Part shown: positions 37,696 through 46,485 of the stretch, piece after piece
Layout: each line of letters starts with the position of its first letter
How positions within the stretch are numbered: position 1 is the stretch's first letter
Source of the DNA: a virus
Lineage: Duplodnaviria > Heunggongvirae > Uroviricota > Caudoviricetes
Direction: 5' to 3' (one strand)
Virus record (IMG/VR): IMGVR_UViG_2563366968_000008
Length of the DNA: 53,618 nucleotides
Notes under the pieces: generated by a model
Told to the model about the DNA's origin: nothing
Databases searched by the model: none
Seen by the model: only the letters and a program-made list of their open reading frames with translations
Position numbers and translations under genes: made by a program

Positions 37696-38172
37696 ATGTC
37701 CGAAACCTGTAAATCCGGTGCGTTTACCGGGCGTGATGTTGCCGTGTTCTATGCCATTGCTTGTCCCAGCGCGAAACCGGAAGAGGGTGGCTACAAGCCG
37801 TTAGGTATGATGCGCGGCAAAACGCTTTCCGTAGAATGGGAATCCGCAGACGCTACCGCTGATAAATCCGCCGACTATACCAAAGAGTCGCTGGTTACTT
37901 ATAAATCAGTGAGCTTCTCTGGTGATGGTGTTTCACGTAGCGATGATACATACAACCAGAAAGCACTAAAACGGCATGTAATGTCGCCGGGCACTGCTAC
38001 CGGAAATCAACCATATGTGTGGCTGAAAATTGTCAGTGCCACCGATGTAACCGAGGGGCCATTCCTTTGCACCTCCTTCAAAGAAGAGGCTCCGTATGAT
38101 GATGTGACGACCTGGTCTATCGAGTGCGAAAGCGCTGGCCAGGTAACTGTAACCGATCCGGTTGCTGCGTAA
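37696..38172 (+). CDS. Major tail (tube) protein candidate
   Basis: 158 aa followed by terminator-like hairpin; position before chaperone and tape measure. Confidence 0.5.
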   Translation: MSETCKSGAFTGRDVAVFYAIACPSAKPEEGGYKPLGMMRGKTLSVEWESADATADKSADYTKESLVTYKSVSFSGDGVSRSDDTYNQKALKRHVMSPGTATGNQPYVWLKIVSATDVTEGPFLCTSFKEEAPYDDVTTWSIECESAGQVTVTDPVAA

Positions 38173-38218
38173 ACAATAAGGGGGCTATTTAGCCCCCCTT
38201 CCTTTTAGGGTGAAGACT

Positions 38219-38896
38219 ATGATTCATGTTCGTACCGGACAATTTGTGGCTATGGTGAACGGTAAGCGCTATGAATTTAACCCGTGTTTCGCTGCGATGG
38301 CTAAAATCGGTAATGACAGGGAGCTTGTGGAATATTTCGCAACCATCCACGGTAGCAAATACCCTTCACGATTACCTACAGATCCAGACCTCCGCAATCG
38401 CATTATGGCGCGGTGTTATGGTGGGATAGTGCAAACGTCAATGCACATCCTGAAATGTTGCTCAGACGACGAAACAGGCCCGTTATTGGGCGAATGCTGG
38501 TTTACTCCTTCGGGCAAATTAAGGTTAAAGCCCGGAATAATGCCAGTTGATGATGTTATTACGCTGGCGCAACACTGCATGTACCACGGTTTAATCGGTG
38601 ACGGGCCGGAAGAAAATACAAGCGAGATCCGGGAAGGTGAATACAAGCCGACATTTGATGTACTTGATTTCGTTTATTCTGCCGTTGCTCATCTGGGATT
38701 ATCTGAATCAGAAGCGTGGAACATGACAATGACCGGATACAGGGCCGCAGTGCGCGCTAAAACGCCGCCAGACGAAAGAAATGAAAGAAGTAGACCAAAT
38801 GTTCACATAAATAAACGTGCTTATGACGAGCAAATGGAGGCCGCTAAAAAGGCGCTAAAAAGAATGGAAAATCGCAAGCAAGAAAAAGCCCGGTAG
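38219..38896 (+). CDS. Tail assembly chaperone candidate
   Basis: Located between major tail and tape measure genes; AGGGTGA SD. Confidence 0.45.
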   Translation: MIHVRTGQFVAMVNGKRYEFNPCFAAMAKIGNDRELVEYFATIHGSKYPSRLPTDPDLRNRIMARCYGGIVQTSMHILKCCSDDETGPLLGECWFTPSGKLRLKPGIMPVDDVITLAQHCMYHGLIGDGPEENTSEIREGEYKPTFDVLDFVYSAVAHLGLSESEAWNMTMTGYRAAVRAKTPPDERNERSRPNVHINKRAYDEQMEAAKKALKRMENRKQEKAR

Positions 38897-38917
38897 ATCC
38901 GGGCGTTTGTCTTATTT
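38888..38917. terminator. Bidirectional hairpin terminator between chaperone and opposite-strand secreted-protein gene
   Basis: GCCCGG-TAGAT-CCGGGC with T-rich run downstream on plus strand and TTTTTCT on minus strand. Confidence 0.5.
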
Positions 38918-39325
38918 GATTCTAACAATATCAATAAAACCGTTACCTAAATCGACAATTGCGTGATTTTTTGCACCAGCGCCGCCTTTATTAAAAATTC
39001 TTTCAGCGAAAGCAACTTTATTTGCTTTGCACTCGTTAGCTATCCTGTTTTTTATTTCGCTGTTGTTTTCAAAGACTACGCCTACAGCAGCCTCGTTTAC
39101 AAGGCCATAATTAAACCAACGAGCATAAACTGGTTTACCTTCAAAATTTTTATCAATTGCCTTAAAAAGAATTGTGGGTGCGGCTGGTTCTTTTTTGATC
39201 ATGTCGTGATATGCGGCTACATGGTTTGCCACTTCTTCACAGTTAATGTTTATGGCCTCGTTAGCGTTAGCGTTAAATGCTAGTGCAGCAATCACAGCAA
39301 GCACCATTTTTGCTAACCGTTTCAT
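38912..39325 (-). CDS. Secreted (signal-peptide) protein of unknown function, opposite-strand insertion in tail module
   Basis: Signal peptide MKRLAKMVLAVIAALAFNANA with ANA-NE cleavage-like site; AGGGGG SD; AT-rich upstream region. Confidence 0.55.
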   Translation of the reverse strand: MKRLAKMVLAVIAALAFNANANEAININCEEVANHVAAYHDMIKKEPAAPTILFKAIDKNFEGKPVYARWFNYGLVNEAAVGVVFENNSEIKNRIANECKANKVAFAERIFNKGGAGAKNHAIVDLGNGFIDIVRIK

Positions 39326-39628
39326 AATCAACCCCCTGTAATTATTCTGATTTGCTAAATGCTTCCTTTAACTTAGTTATACACGCATATTGTTTATTTT
39401 TTAAGTGCTTTTAACATTTCTTCGATAAGGTCCGCATAGCGTTCATATTCGTTGGGACGGTAGTTTACGTTTCTCATTTTCTTATCCTCTTTCACTTCCT
39501 CCGGGACATCCGGCCTTCCTGCATCTCTTCTATCTTTCTCTACATCATATATACAAAACGGTATCGTTAAAATAAAGACATTTTGTATAAAATAGATACA
39601 TAGATCACATTTTGCATGAGGTTAAATC

Positions 39629-41971
39629 ATGGCTACCAGTGTAGGCACAATTTATTACGAAGTTGACGCAAAAACAGGACAACTTCTTGTAGCACAACGA
39701 CAGGCAGACCAGGCCTTTGACCGTATAGAGCGCGGTGCTAAACAGGCCGATCGCCAGGTAAACACACTGAAAACATCAATCAAAGCACTGACCAGGGTTA
39801 TCCATCTGCTAATTGCTGCCGAGGCCGTTAGACAGTTTATGGAAATGGCAGAGCAGGCCAAAATGCTACGCGTCAAAATCAAAATGCTTACAGGCGACGC
39901 GGAATCTGCCGGGCGGGTTTTTGATGGTCTGAAAGAAATATCCAGGGAGACGGGGCAGAGTCTGAAAGATACTGGCGAATTATGGCAAGGCCTGGCTATC
40001 TCACTAAAAAACACCTCCGCTACGGAAGGGCAATTGCTTAACCTGGTTGGCACTATTCAGAAAATGGGTGCATTAGGCGGCGCGTCAGCGGAACAGATGT
40101 CTAACTCAATGCGTCAATTCCGTCAGTCTATCGACGGCGGTGTTCTTCGTGCCGAAGAATTTAACAGCCTGCTTGAAAATACGCCGACCATCGTACAAAC
40201 AATGGCCCGCCATATGGGATTATCAATGGGCCAGTTCCGCGCCGAAATGCTGGACGGCAAGATCACGGCTGAAAGGATGGTTAACGCAATACAGGCGGCT
40301 ACGCAGGAAACAAACGATAAGTTTGCTCAGTTGCCGCGCACATCCGGCATGGCTATCAATGAGCTTAAAGTAGAAATTATGGGCCTTGTTGAGCAGTTGG
40401 ATGATCTTTTTGGCGTATCAGATGGCGTTGTTTCAGCTATCGACTTGATCACGAAAGGCGTTAAAGGGCTTGGCGATGGCGCTAAATTCGCTAAAACCTG
40501 CTTCGACACACTCAAAACGGCTGGTAGCGAATTTATCGACATGTTTGATGATGTGGCTGTTAAGGCTGGAGAGGTGGCAGAGAAGATCATCGCAATGGTG
40601 ACGCCAATCAAGGCGCTAATGGATGGCTATAAATGGATGAAGGAGGTAGTAGGGGAGCAAACCGACGAATATAACAGCAACTACGAGAAGAAATACGGGA
40701 AGACCGTTGGCAAGGTCATGCAACTACAGGATGATCTGACCGCAGCAATCCAGGCTACAGAAGAAGCAAGGAAAAATGAACAGAATGCTGCCAATGACGG
40801 AGCGATTACCGGATTCGACAAGCCAGTAGACAAGCCGAAAAAACAGAAAAAAGAGAAGAAATCGGAAGCTGATCGGCTTGGTGACAAAGGTATAAGCGTT
40901 TCTGATCAGTACAACAAAGACGCCGCCGCCATGCGCAAAGCGTTGGAGAACGGCAAGGCCATTGATGCTGCATTTGCCCAGGGTAAAATCACGCTCCTTG
41001 AGTACCGCGCCGCGCAAAAAGGGATCGGCAAGGAACTGAAAGAAGAATTAGCGCAGATCCCGGTAGATGAACTGCGTGATAAATGGTCGCAAATAGTTAG
41101 CCCGATGGACCAGCTAAAAGGCGAGGTTGACCCCATCCAGCAGGCACAAAATGAATGGGCCGTCCGTAAGCAAATGCTTATCGACCTGGGCGCTACAGAA
41201 GCACAACAGAAACAGGAATTGTTAGCCTATGAGCAGCAGATCCGCGATCTGAAGTGGGAGCAGTGGCAGGCGCAAAGCGACACTAACGGCCTTATCGGTG
41301 ATTGCGTTAATGGCCTTAAAGGTGGCATGAGCAATGCGCTTGTTGGCCTGCTTAACGGCACTCAATCATTGAGCGATGTTTTTGCTAACTTAGGGAGCAA
41401 TATACTAGGGAACATCGGCAACAGGCTTTCTGACATAGCCGCCAACTGGATAGCAGATCAAATCATGATGGAGACACAAAGCAAGGCAATGCAGGCCAGC
41501 ACAACGGCAAGTGCGGTAGCCGCTCAGGGTAGCATCGCTGCGGCAGCGGCCCCGGCAGCGGCGGCAACAGCAGCATCAACTGGCGGTAGCTGGGCGGCGG
41601 CTGGCTCTGCGGCACTCACTGCGATCATGTCTCTGGCAACATCCATCTTCGGTGGCAGGCGCTTTAATGGTGGTAGCGTCATTGGTGGCAACTTGTACCG
41701 TGTCGGGGAAAACAACAGGACGGAGCTATTCCAGACGCCTAACGGGAATCAATATATGATTCCTGGCGAGAACGGCAGAGTTATTCCGGGCCGTGATATT
41801 GGCGGCGGTGGCGGTATTAGTATGCCTGTCAGTATCAGCATTCAGACCACGAACGGATTCAGCGACGAAGACAGCCGCAGACTTGAATTAACAATGGAAC
41901 GTGTAGCCATGAAAATGATAACAAGGGAATCTCAAAGACCAGGCGGAATGTTGCAACCTCGCCGCAAATAA
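39629..41971 (+). CDS. Tail tape measure protein
   Basis: 780 aa, alpha-helical, Gly/Ala-rich segments near C-terminus; upstream of M/L/K/I/J homologues. Confidence 0.8.
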   Translation: MATSVGTIYYEVDAKTGQLLVAQRQADQAFDRIERGAKQADRQVNTLKTSIKALTRVIHLLIAAEAVRQFMEMAEQAKMLRVKIKMLTGDAESAGRVFDGLKEISRETGQSLKDTGELWQGLAISLKNTSATEGQLLNLVGTIQKMGALGGASAEQMSNSMRQFRQSIDGGVLRAEEFNSLLENTPTIVQTMARHMGLSMGQFRAEMLDGKITAERMVNAIQAATQETNDKFAQLPRTSGMAINELKVEIMGLVEQLDDLFGVSDGVVSAIDLITKGVKGLGDGAKFAKTCFDTLKTAGSEFIDMFDDVAVKAGEVAEKIIAMVTPIKALMDGYKWMKEVVGEQTDEYNSNYEKKYGKTVGKVMQLQDDLTAAIQATEEARKNEQNAANDGAITGFDKPVDKPKKQKKEKKSEADRLGDKGISVSDQYNKDAAAMRKALENGKAIDAAFAQGKITLLEYRAAQKGIGKELKEELAQIPVDELRDKWSQIVSPMDQLKGEVDPIQQAQNEWAVRKQMLIDLGATEAQQKQELLAYEQQIRDLKWEQWQAQSDTNGLIGDCVNGLKGGMSNALVGLLNGTQSLSDVFANLGSNILGNIGNRLSDIAANWIADQIMMETQSKAMQASTTASAVAAQGSIAAAAAPAAAATAASTGGSWAAAGSAALTAIMSLATSIFGGRRFNGGSVIGGNLYRVGENNRTELFQTPNGNQYMIPGENGRVIPGRDIGGGGGISMPVSISIQTTNGFSDEDSRRLELTMERVAMKMITRESQRPGGMLQPRRK

Positions 41972-41975
41972 ACTA

Positions 41976-42006
41976 AACCCCGGTGCAATGCCGGGGTTAT
42001 TTTTCG
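41976..42006 (+). terminator. Intrinsic terminator after tape measure gene
   Basis: AACCCCGG-TGCAATG-CCGGGGTT hairpin followed by ATTTTTCG. Confidence 0.55.
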
Positions 42007-42057
42007 TATTTATAAACGACCATTCCGCGCGATATATCCCCTTTCGAATATCTCGAC

Positions 42058-42312
42058 TCACTTATGAGTGCCTTTCACGCCACATAACTTGTTATAGGCA
42101 TGATGCTCAACAATTAACCAAACCTTCAAATCTTCGCTAAACAGCCTCCAATCAAGATTGATATCCATTTTGTATCCGTAACCGTCGCGTAACTTTTTGG
42201 GGTAAACTTCTTTTCTCAGAAAGGCTTTAAGTAATTCCTTACCTTTCTTGATGATCCGGTCCTGTGCGTTTTTCTGTGCTTTCAGATTTCTGTCAATCGC
42301 TACCAGTTTCAT
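42058..42312 (-). CDS. RelE/YafQ/HigB-superfamily toxin-like protein
   Basis: 84 aa; Lys-rich N-terminus and C-terminal DINLDWRLFSEDLKVWLIVEHH...GVKGTHK resembles YafQ/HigB C-termini; GGGGTGAG SD. Confidence 0.4.
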   Translation of the reverse strand: MKLVAIDRNLKAQKNAQDRIIKKGKELLKAFLRKEVYPKKLRDGYGYKMDINLDWRLFSEDLKVWLIVEHHAYNKLCGVKGTHK

Positions 42313-42329
42313 AACTCACCCCATCATCC

Positions 42330-42485
42330 TTAGTTAAGTGCCTTCAGGAAGAAGTCCCGGTATTCATCTTCTTTCGCATTCATCATGAATTGACCGTATT
42401 TGAATGCGTCGTCGAAACCCTTAACGATTGCTATTTCCACTTGTTCGAATGCGTTATTTAGCATTACTACTACATAGCGTTTCAT
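42330..42485 (-). CDS. Small ORF (51 aa) upstream of toxin-like gene, candidate antitoxin
   Basis: ATG with AGGAGG SD at 7 nt; 17-bp gap to toxin-like gene start. Confidence 0.3.
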   Translation of the reverse strand: MKRYVVVMLNNAFEQVEIAIVKGFDDAFKYGQFMMNAKEDEYRDFFLKALN

Positions 42486-42555
42486 TTTGGGCCTCCTTCG
42501 TTGGTACTACTTTCTTCTTGCTTTCTGCATACATCTTGTTGCGTGCTATGTGAAG

Positions 42556-42568
42556 CCATTTTGTAAAC
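42556..42568 (-). repeat. 13-mer GTTTACAAAATGG copy 4 (reverse orientation)
   Basis: CCATTTTGTAAAC on plus strand, followed 5 bp later by TATAAT. Confidence 0.8.
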
Positions 42569-42597
42569 TAGCTATAATCATTGTGACAATGATCTTA

Positions 42598-42620
42598 TTT
42601 TTCGCGTAGAAGCGCGTAAA
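42598..42620 (+). promoter_or_regulatory. 23-bp motif TTTTTCGCGTAGAAGCGCGTAAA upstream of M gene
   Basis: Second copy of the portal-upstream motif (2 mismatches). Confidence 0.4.
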
Positions 42621-42652
42621 GATATATACAAAATGTAACTTGTGGGGGGTTT

Positions 42653-43006
42653 ATGCCGGAAGTGTTCAGATGGACGCCGCAAAGAAGCTACAGCGTGACC
42701 AGGAAGCCAGACGTATCTGTTGTTAAGTTGGGCGATGGTTATGAGCAAAGACAGGTAAAAGGTATCAATCCATTGCTTGATAGCTACACCCTGGTGTTTA
42801 AAGGTAGTAGCGCCGGATGTGGTGATGGTGGAAACGTAGCAATCCAGGCGGAAGCATTCTTGAGGGCGCACGGCGCGGTCGAGGCTTTTTACTGGTCGCC
42901 GTCGATGGATAACGTGCAAAGGCTTTTTGTTTGCCGTAGCTGGAGCATGACTAAAGACGGTCCGCTATACACGCTAAATGCAACATTTGAGCAAGTTATT
43001 AATTAG
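42653..43006 (+). CDS. Minor tail protein M (lambda gpM-like)
   Basis: FRWTPQRSYSVTRKPDVSVVKLGDGYEQRQ and C-terminal FEQVIN resemble lambda M. Confidence 0.8.
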   Translation: MPEVFRWTPQRSYSVTRKPDVSVVKLGDGYEQRQVKGINPLLDSYTLVFKGSSAGCGDGGNVAIQAEAFLRAHGAVEAFYWSPSMDNVQRLFVCRSWSMTKDGPLYTLNATFEQVIN

Positions 43007-43017
43007 GGGGAGGGGAT

Positions 43018-43200
43018 ATGCCTTATTTTTGTGTAGTGGAGCGCACTGGCGCTTTTACATTGTTCGCCGACCATGAAATTAAAGATCTTACTGTCCGGGC
43101 TGATAACGGTGAGACGTGGTATCTTCATGATATGGGTGATGGATATATCGGCTGTACGACTTGGGATGGCAAAGAAGTCGCATTTCTATCCTACGATTAA
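43018..43200 (+). CDS. Hypothetical small protein (60 aa)
   Basis: GGGGGAGGGG SD; followed by terminator. Confidence 0.4.
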   Translation: MPYFCVVERTGAFTLFADHEIKDLTVRADNGETWYLHDMGDGYIGCTTWDGKEVAFLSYD

Positions 43201-43203
43201 AAA

Positions 43204-43230
43204 ACACCCCGCCACGGCGGGGTTATTATT
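43204..43230. terminator. Bidirectional hairpin terminator
   Basis: CCCCGC-CACG-GCGGGG; T-rich on plus, TGTTTTTT on minus. Confidence 0.5.
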
Positions 43231-43437
43231 ATCCCATTTCCATTAACGCTATATTTTCCGCTATCGTTTTCCAGTCCAGATCTACAGCGTGAACACCAAA
43301 TACTATCAATCCCATTGCGATTAGTGTTAAAACTTCGATTTTCACAATCAACCTCACTTAATTAAGAAAGGCATAAACGATGGCAATCGCGCCAGCCATT
43401 ACTAAAACATTTTCGATTACTTCGTTTACTTAATTGA

Positions 43438-43641
43438 TTAAGGTAACTCCACTTCGTTAAATGTAACAAGCACCCCTTGATTTTCTTTATTTATAATTAT
43501 TAAAGAATTAATTGAAGGCAGACATCTTTCCACGCGGTAAACGCCACCAATATCTAAACTGTAATATTCTGTTAATTCTCTATTGTTCCCTTTAGCAAAA
43601 CCCGTAAACCTAACCATTCTTTGACCGTCGTACTTTAACAT
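43438..43641 (-). CDS. Hypothetical protein (67 aa), opposite-strand operon gene 4
   Basis: ATG ORF; operon on minus strand between M and L. Confidence 0.4.
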   Translation of the reverse strand: MLKYDGQRMVRFTGFAKGNNRELTEYYSLDIGGVYRVERCLPSINSLIIINKENQGVLVTFNEVELP

Positions 43642-43649
43642 ATACAGTC

Positions 43650-43898
43650 CTATAAGTTATCACGCAGATAATTAACGCCCTTATCAGTGACGAATGAATG
43701 ATTAACCTGGTTTTCATCCGTCATGATGATGAATAACTTTTCCTGCAAGTATTTCGCTTTCGGGTACAGCGTTAAGCAGACCTGGTACAGTATCCCGCGC
43801 TCAATCAGCAAATCAATGAATTCATGTTCATGATAACCGATAAGGCGGGCGGCCTGTTTCAACGTGTACACATAATCACCGTGATTGCGCCGCGCCAT
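43650..43898 (-). CDS. HTH-like small protein (82 aa), opposite-strand operon gene 3
   Basis: YTLKQAARLIGYHEHEFIDLLIERGIL resembles an HTH. Confidence 0.4.
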   Translation of the reverse strand: MARRNHGDYVYTLKQAARLIGYHEHEFIDLLIERGILYQVCLTLYPKAKYLQEKLFIIMTDENQVNHSFVTDKGVNYLRDNL

Positions 43899-43907
43899 AT
43901 TGCCGCC

Positions 43908-44261
43908 TTATTTATTGAACGCGCCAAGTTTGTCGATACAGAAATCTTTCGCCGCTTTTTCGTATTCGCGTTTTGCTTCTGGATCGTCAGCCGGGAAACC
44001 TTTTGCGTGTATTTCACCAGGGCAAGACTGGTCCATAGAATCTGCATAATAAGCAGTGAAGCTACCATTAATATCTTTCGGGTTCATATCTTCCACCTTA
44101 TCCGGTATTTGTACTGGAGTAATTTTGAATTCTCTGGCGCGACCGAAGAATCGAACGAGTTTTTCTCCTTCCTCGACCGCCATTTCGTAACTGTCATGCA
44201 AACCGTAACCTTCCCAATCATCACTACCAGCCATCCAGACATCAAGACGATACTTTTGCAT
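43908..44261 (-). CDS. Hypothetical acidic protein (117 aa), opposite-strand operon gene 2
   Basis: ATG 44261 with GAGGGT SD; in frame within ORF 43908..44363. Confidence 0.45.
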   Translation of the reverse strand: MQKYRLDVWMAGSDDWEGYGLHDSYEMAVEEGEKLVRFFGRAREFKITPVQIPDKVEDMNPKDINGSFTAYYADSMDQSCPGEIHAKGFPADDPEAKREYEKAAKDFCIDKLGAFNK

Positions 44262-44265
44262 TTTG

Positions 44266-44430
44266 CTAACCCTCATATTTGACAGGTTCGATCTGGTATC
44301 CCAAAAGGCGGTCATCCTCAGCAAGTAAAAGCGCGTCAACCAATGCTTCACCCTCGTCGTCATACAGGGCGATAACCTTTTCCCTACCGTCTGTCATGAA
44401 TACCGTCAACTTCCATAGCTTTTCAGTCAT
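44266..44430 (-). CDS. Hypothetical acidic small protein (54 aa), opposite-strand operon gene 1
   Basis: ATG 44430 with GGAGGTG SD; 4-bp gap to next gene. Confidence 0.35.
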   Translation of the reverse strand: MTEKLWKLTVFMTDGREKVIALYDDEGEALVDALLLAEDDRLLGYQIEPVKYEG

Positions 44431-44559
44431 AACGCACCTCCGCGCCATTTTGTTAACTTCCCCTTCGTTTGAGTAAAATATACATATTGTAAAAACCACG
44501 ATCAATCCATTTTGGTGTGATTTAGCGTGGCGCAGATCACAAAATGACAAGGTGAGAAA

Positions 44560-45264
44560 ATGCGCAATATTCCGAGAGAGATGATTATTGATTCCGTCGA
44601 TGCCGGAGTTGGCGCGGTCATTGACTTATTTGAACTGGACCTTACTCCCCTGGGAGGCGAGGTTATCCGCTTCCATTCCGGCGCGAACGGCTATTACGGC
44701 CAGGTTATCTGGAAGGGAGTAGCTTACAACAGCTACCCGATCGAGGCGACGGGCTTCGAAATGAAAAATGAGGGTGTTTATTCACGGCCTCAAATGGTTG
44801 TAGCCAATATCGGCGGACTCATTACGGGGATGAACAACGATTTTAACGACCTTAGAGGAATGAAGGTTACGCGCCGCCAGGTGGAGGTGAAATATCTTGA
44901 CGCCGTTAACTTCCCTAACGGTAATCCAGACGCAGATCCATCTATTGAGGCTGTATCTTTTTACGTCGTTGAAGCAATGAGCGAAGAAACAGCGGATCAG
45001 GTGCAGTATGAACTGTCAACGCCAATTGATGCAGATAAAGCTGTCATCCCTGGGCGCACCATCCTTGCTGACGTTTGCCAGTGGCAATACAGAGGCGACG
45101 GGTGTATGTACGCTGGCGGACCAGTAGCAAACGATAAAGACGAGCCGACAAGCGATCCTAAAGCCGACAGATGTAGCCACCGTCTGAGCGGTTGTCGTTT
45201 ACGTTTCCCGCGTCCAAATCCGTTACCAATTTCCTGTTTCCCCGGTTCAAGTAAGGTGGGCTAA
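44560..45264 (+). CDS. Minor tail protein L (lambda gpL-like)
   Basis: RRQVEVKYLDAVNFPNGN...CQWQYRGDGC...CSHRLSGCRLRF resembles lambda L. Confidence 0.85.
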   Translation: MRNIPREMIIDSVDAGVGAVIDLFELDLTPLGGEVIRFHSGANGYYGQVIWKGVAYNSYPIEATGFEMKNEGVYSRPQMVVANIGGLITGMNNDFNDLRGMKVTRRQVEVKYLDAVNFPNGNPDADPSIEAVSFYVVEAMSEETADQVQYELSTPIDADKAVIPGRTILADVCQWQYRGDGCMYAGGPVANDKDEPTSDPKADRCSHRLSGCRLRFPRPNPLPISCFPGSSKVG

Positions 45265-45266
45265 TT

Positions 45267-45998
45267 ATGGCACTTGAAGACAAAATGGTTCGCTACGCCG
45301 CAGCTCACCCGCGTGAGGAAGTTTGCGGCCTGGTGATAAATAACGAATATTTTTACCCGTGCGCAAACGTATCTGAAACGCCATACAACAGCTTCAAAAT
45401 TTCTCCGGACGATTACATCAAAGCTGACGAATTAGGCGTTATAACCGCCGTTTTTCACTCTCACGTTGATGATATTCCGGTATTGTCTGCGCTGGATCGA
45501 CAACAACAGGTTATTTCCGGCCTCCCGTGGCTTTTATGCTCCGGTGGCAGGGTTAGAAAATTCCGCCCGGTAGCGCACCTGTTAGGCCGAAAATTTGAGC
45601 ACGGGAAAACAGACTGCTACGCGCTTTTCCGCGACGCATATCACCTTTGTGGCGTGGATCTACCGGACTTCGAGCGCCTTGATGGCTGGTGGCTTCGCGG
45701 TGAAAACCTGTATTTAAAAAACTTGCCGCGAAACGGGTTTTATCAGGTTGATGCGCAAAGCATCCAGCCAGGTGACGTAATAATCAGGCAGCCGTTCAAA
45801 GGCGCTGACCCATGCCACGCGATGATTTACCTGGGCGATAACACTGTTTTGCATCATGACAATGCCGGACTGTTAAGCCGCCGCGAGCAAATGCGGCCCG
45901 CTTATGTTCGACAAACGCATTCAATATGGAGATCTGATAAATGCTCAAATTTAGATTTACGGGCAATCTTCGAAGATATTACAGCAAAGTGTGTTTAA
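45267..45998 (+). CDS. Tail assembly protein K (lambda gpK-like, JAB/MPN + NlpC/P60)
   Basis: EVCGLVIN...HSHVDD JAB-like motif and C/H-containing C-terminal domain as in lambda K. Confidence 0.8.
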   Translation: MALEDKMVRYAAAHPREEVCGLVINNEYFYPCANVSETPYNSFKISPDDYIKADELGVITAVFHSHVDDIPVLSALDRQQQVISGLPWLLCSGGRVRKFRPVAHLLGRKFEHGKTDCYALFRDAYHLCGVDLPDFERLDGWWLRGENLYLKNLPRNGFYQVDAQSIQPGDVIIRQPFKGADPCHAMIYLGDNTVLHHDNAGLLSRREQMRPAYVRQTHSIWRSDKCSNLDLRAIFEDITAKCV

Positions 45999-46471
45999 AC
46001 GTTGAAACGCCAGCGCAAGGGCTTCGCTTATTGACCGCGCAGAATCAGGAATTCAAGAAGGTGTTTTTAAACACTCCTTTGCGCTTACGAATTGCCGGGA
46101 AAGATTACGACGAAAAGACCGCGCCAGCTGCGGTTAATAGCAAATATCCAGATGGAACTACTGTGATTATTGCGCCAATAGTGGAAGGTGGTATTGCAGG
46201 TATTGGTGTGATCGGCTGGATTATGATTGGGATATCAGTTGTCAGTGTCGCTTTTTCTATTTTTATGTCTCGCAACATGAAGGTAAAAACATCATCAGAA
46301 AGCGCACAGGATAACTCCATAACTAATAACACTTACACCAGCATAGAAAACAGGGTAGGCCAGGGTAGACCAGTGCCAATTTTATTAGGTGAAATGAAAG
46401 TTGGTTCAAACGTCGGATCGTTAGGTATAGACACTACAAACAATAAAGACGCCTTAGACGTTGTAAGTTAA
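45941..46471 (+). CDS. Tail assembly protein I (lambda gpI-like)
   Basis: Position between K and J; overlapping start; hydrophobic central segment. Confidence 0.65.
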   Translation: MLKFRFTGNLRRYYSKVCLNVETPAQGLRLLTAQNQEFKKVFLNTPLRLRIAGKDYDEKTAPAAVNSKYPDGTTVIIAPIVEGGIAGIGVIGWIMIGISVVSVAFSIFMSRNMKVKTSSESAQDNSITNNTYTSIENRVGQGRPVPILLGEMKVGSNVGSLGIDTTNNKDALDVVS

Positions 46472-46485
46472 CAGGAGAATTAACC

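Noticed and set aside
39395-39478. 27-aa hydrophilic micro-ORF with AGGA SD upstream of the secreted-protein gene (minus strand)
   Set aside because: Very short, hydrophilic, no pattern linking it to other micro-ORFs; could be chance in an AT-rich promoter region.
39655-40053. Minus-strand ORFs inside the tape measure gene (39655..40053, 40327..40611, 40681..41136, 41524..41715)
   Set aside because: Antisense to a long, well-supported structural gene; no SD; low-complexity products typical of antisense artefacts.
43229-43345. 38-aa GTG-initiated hydrophobic micro-ORF (minus strand) abutting the bidirectional terminator
   Set aside because: GTG start and overlap with terminator make it uncertain; kept only as a possible fifth member of the opposite-strand operon.
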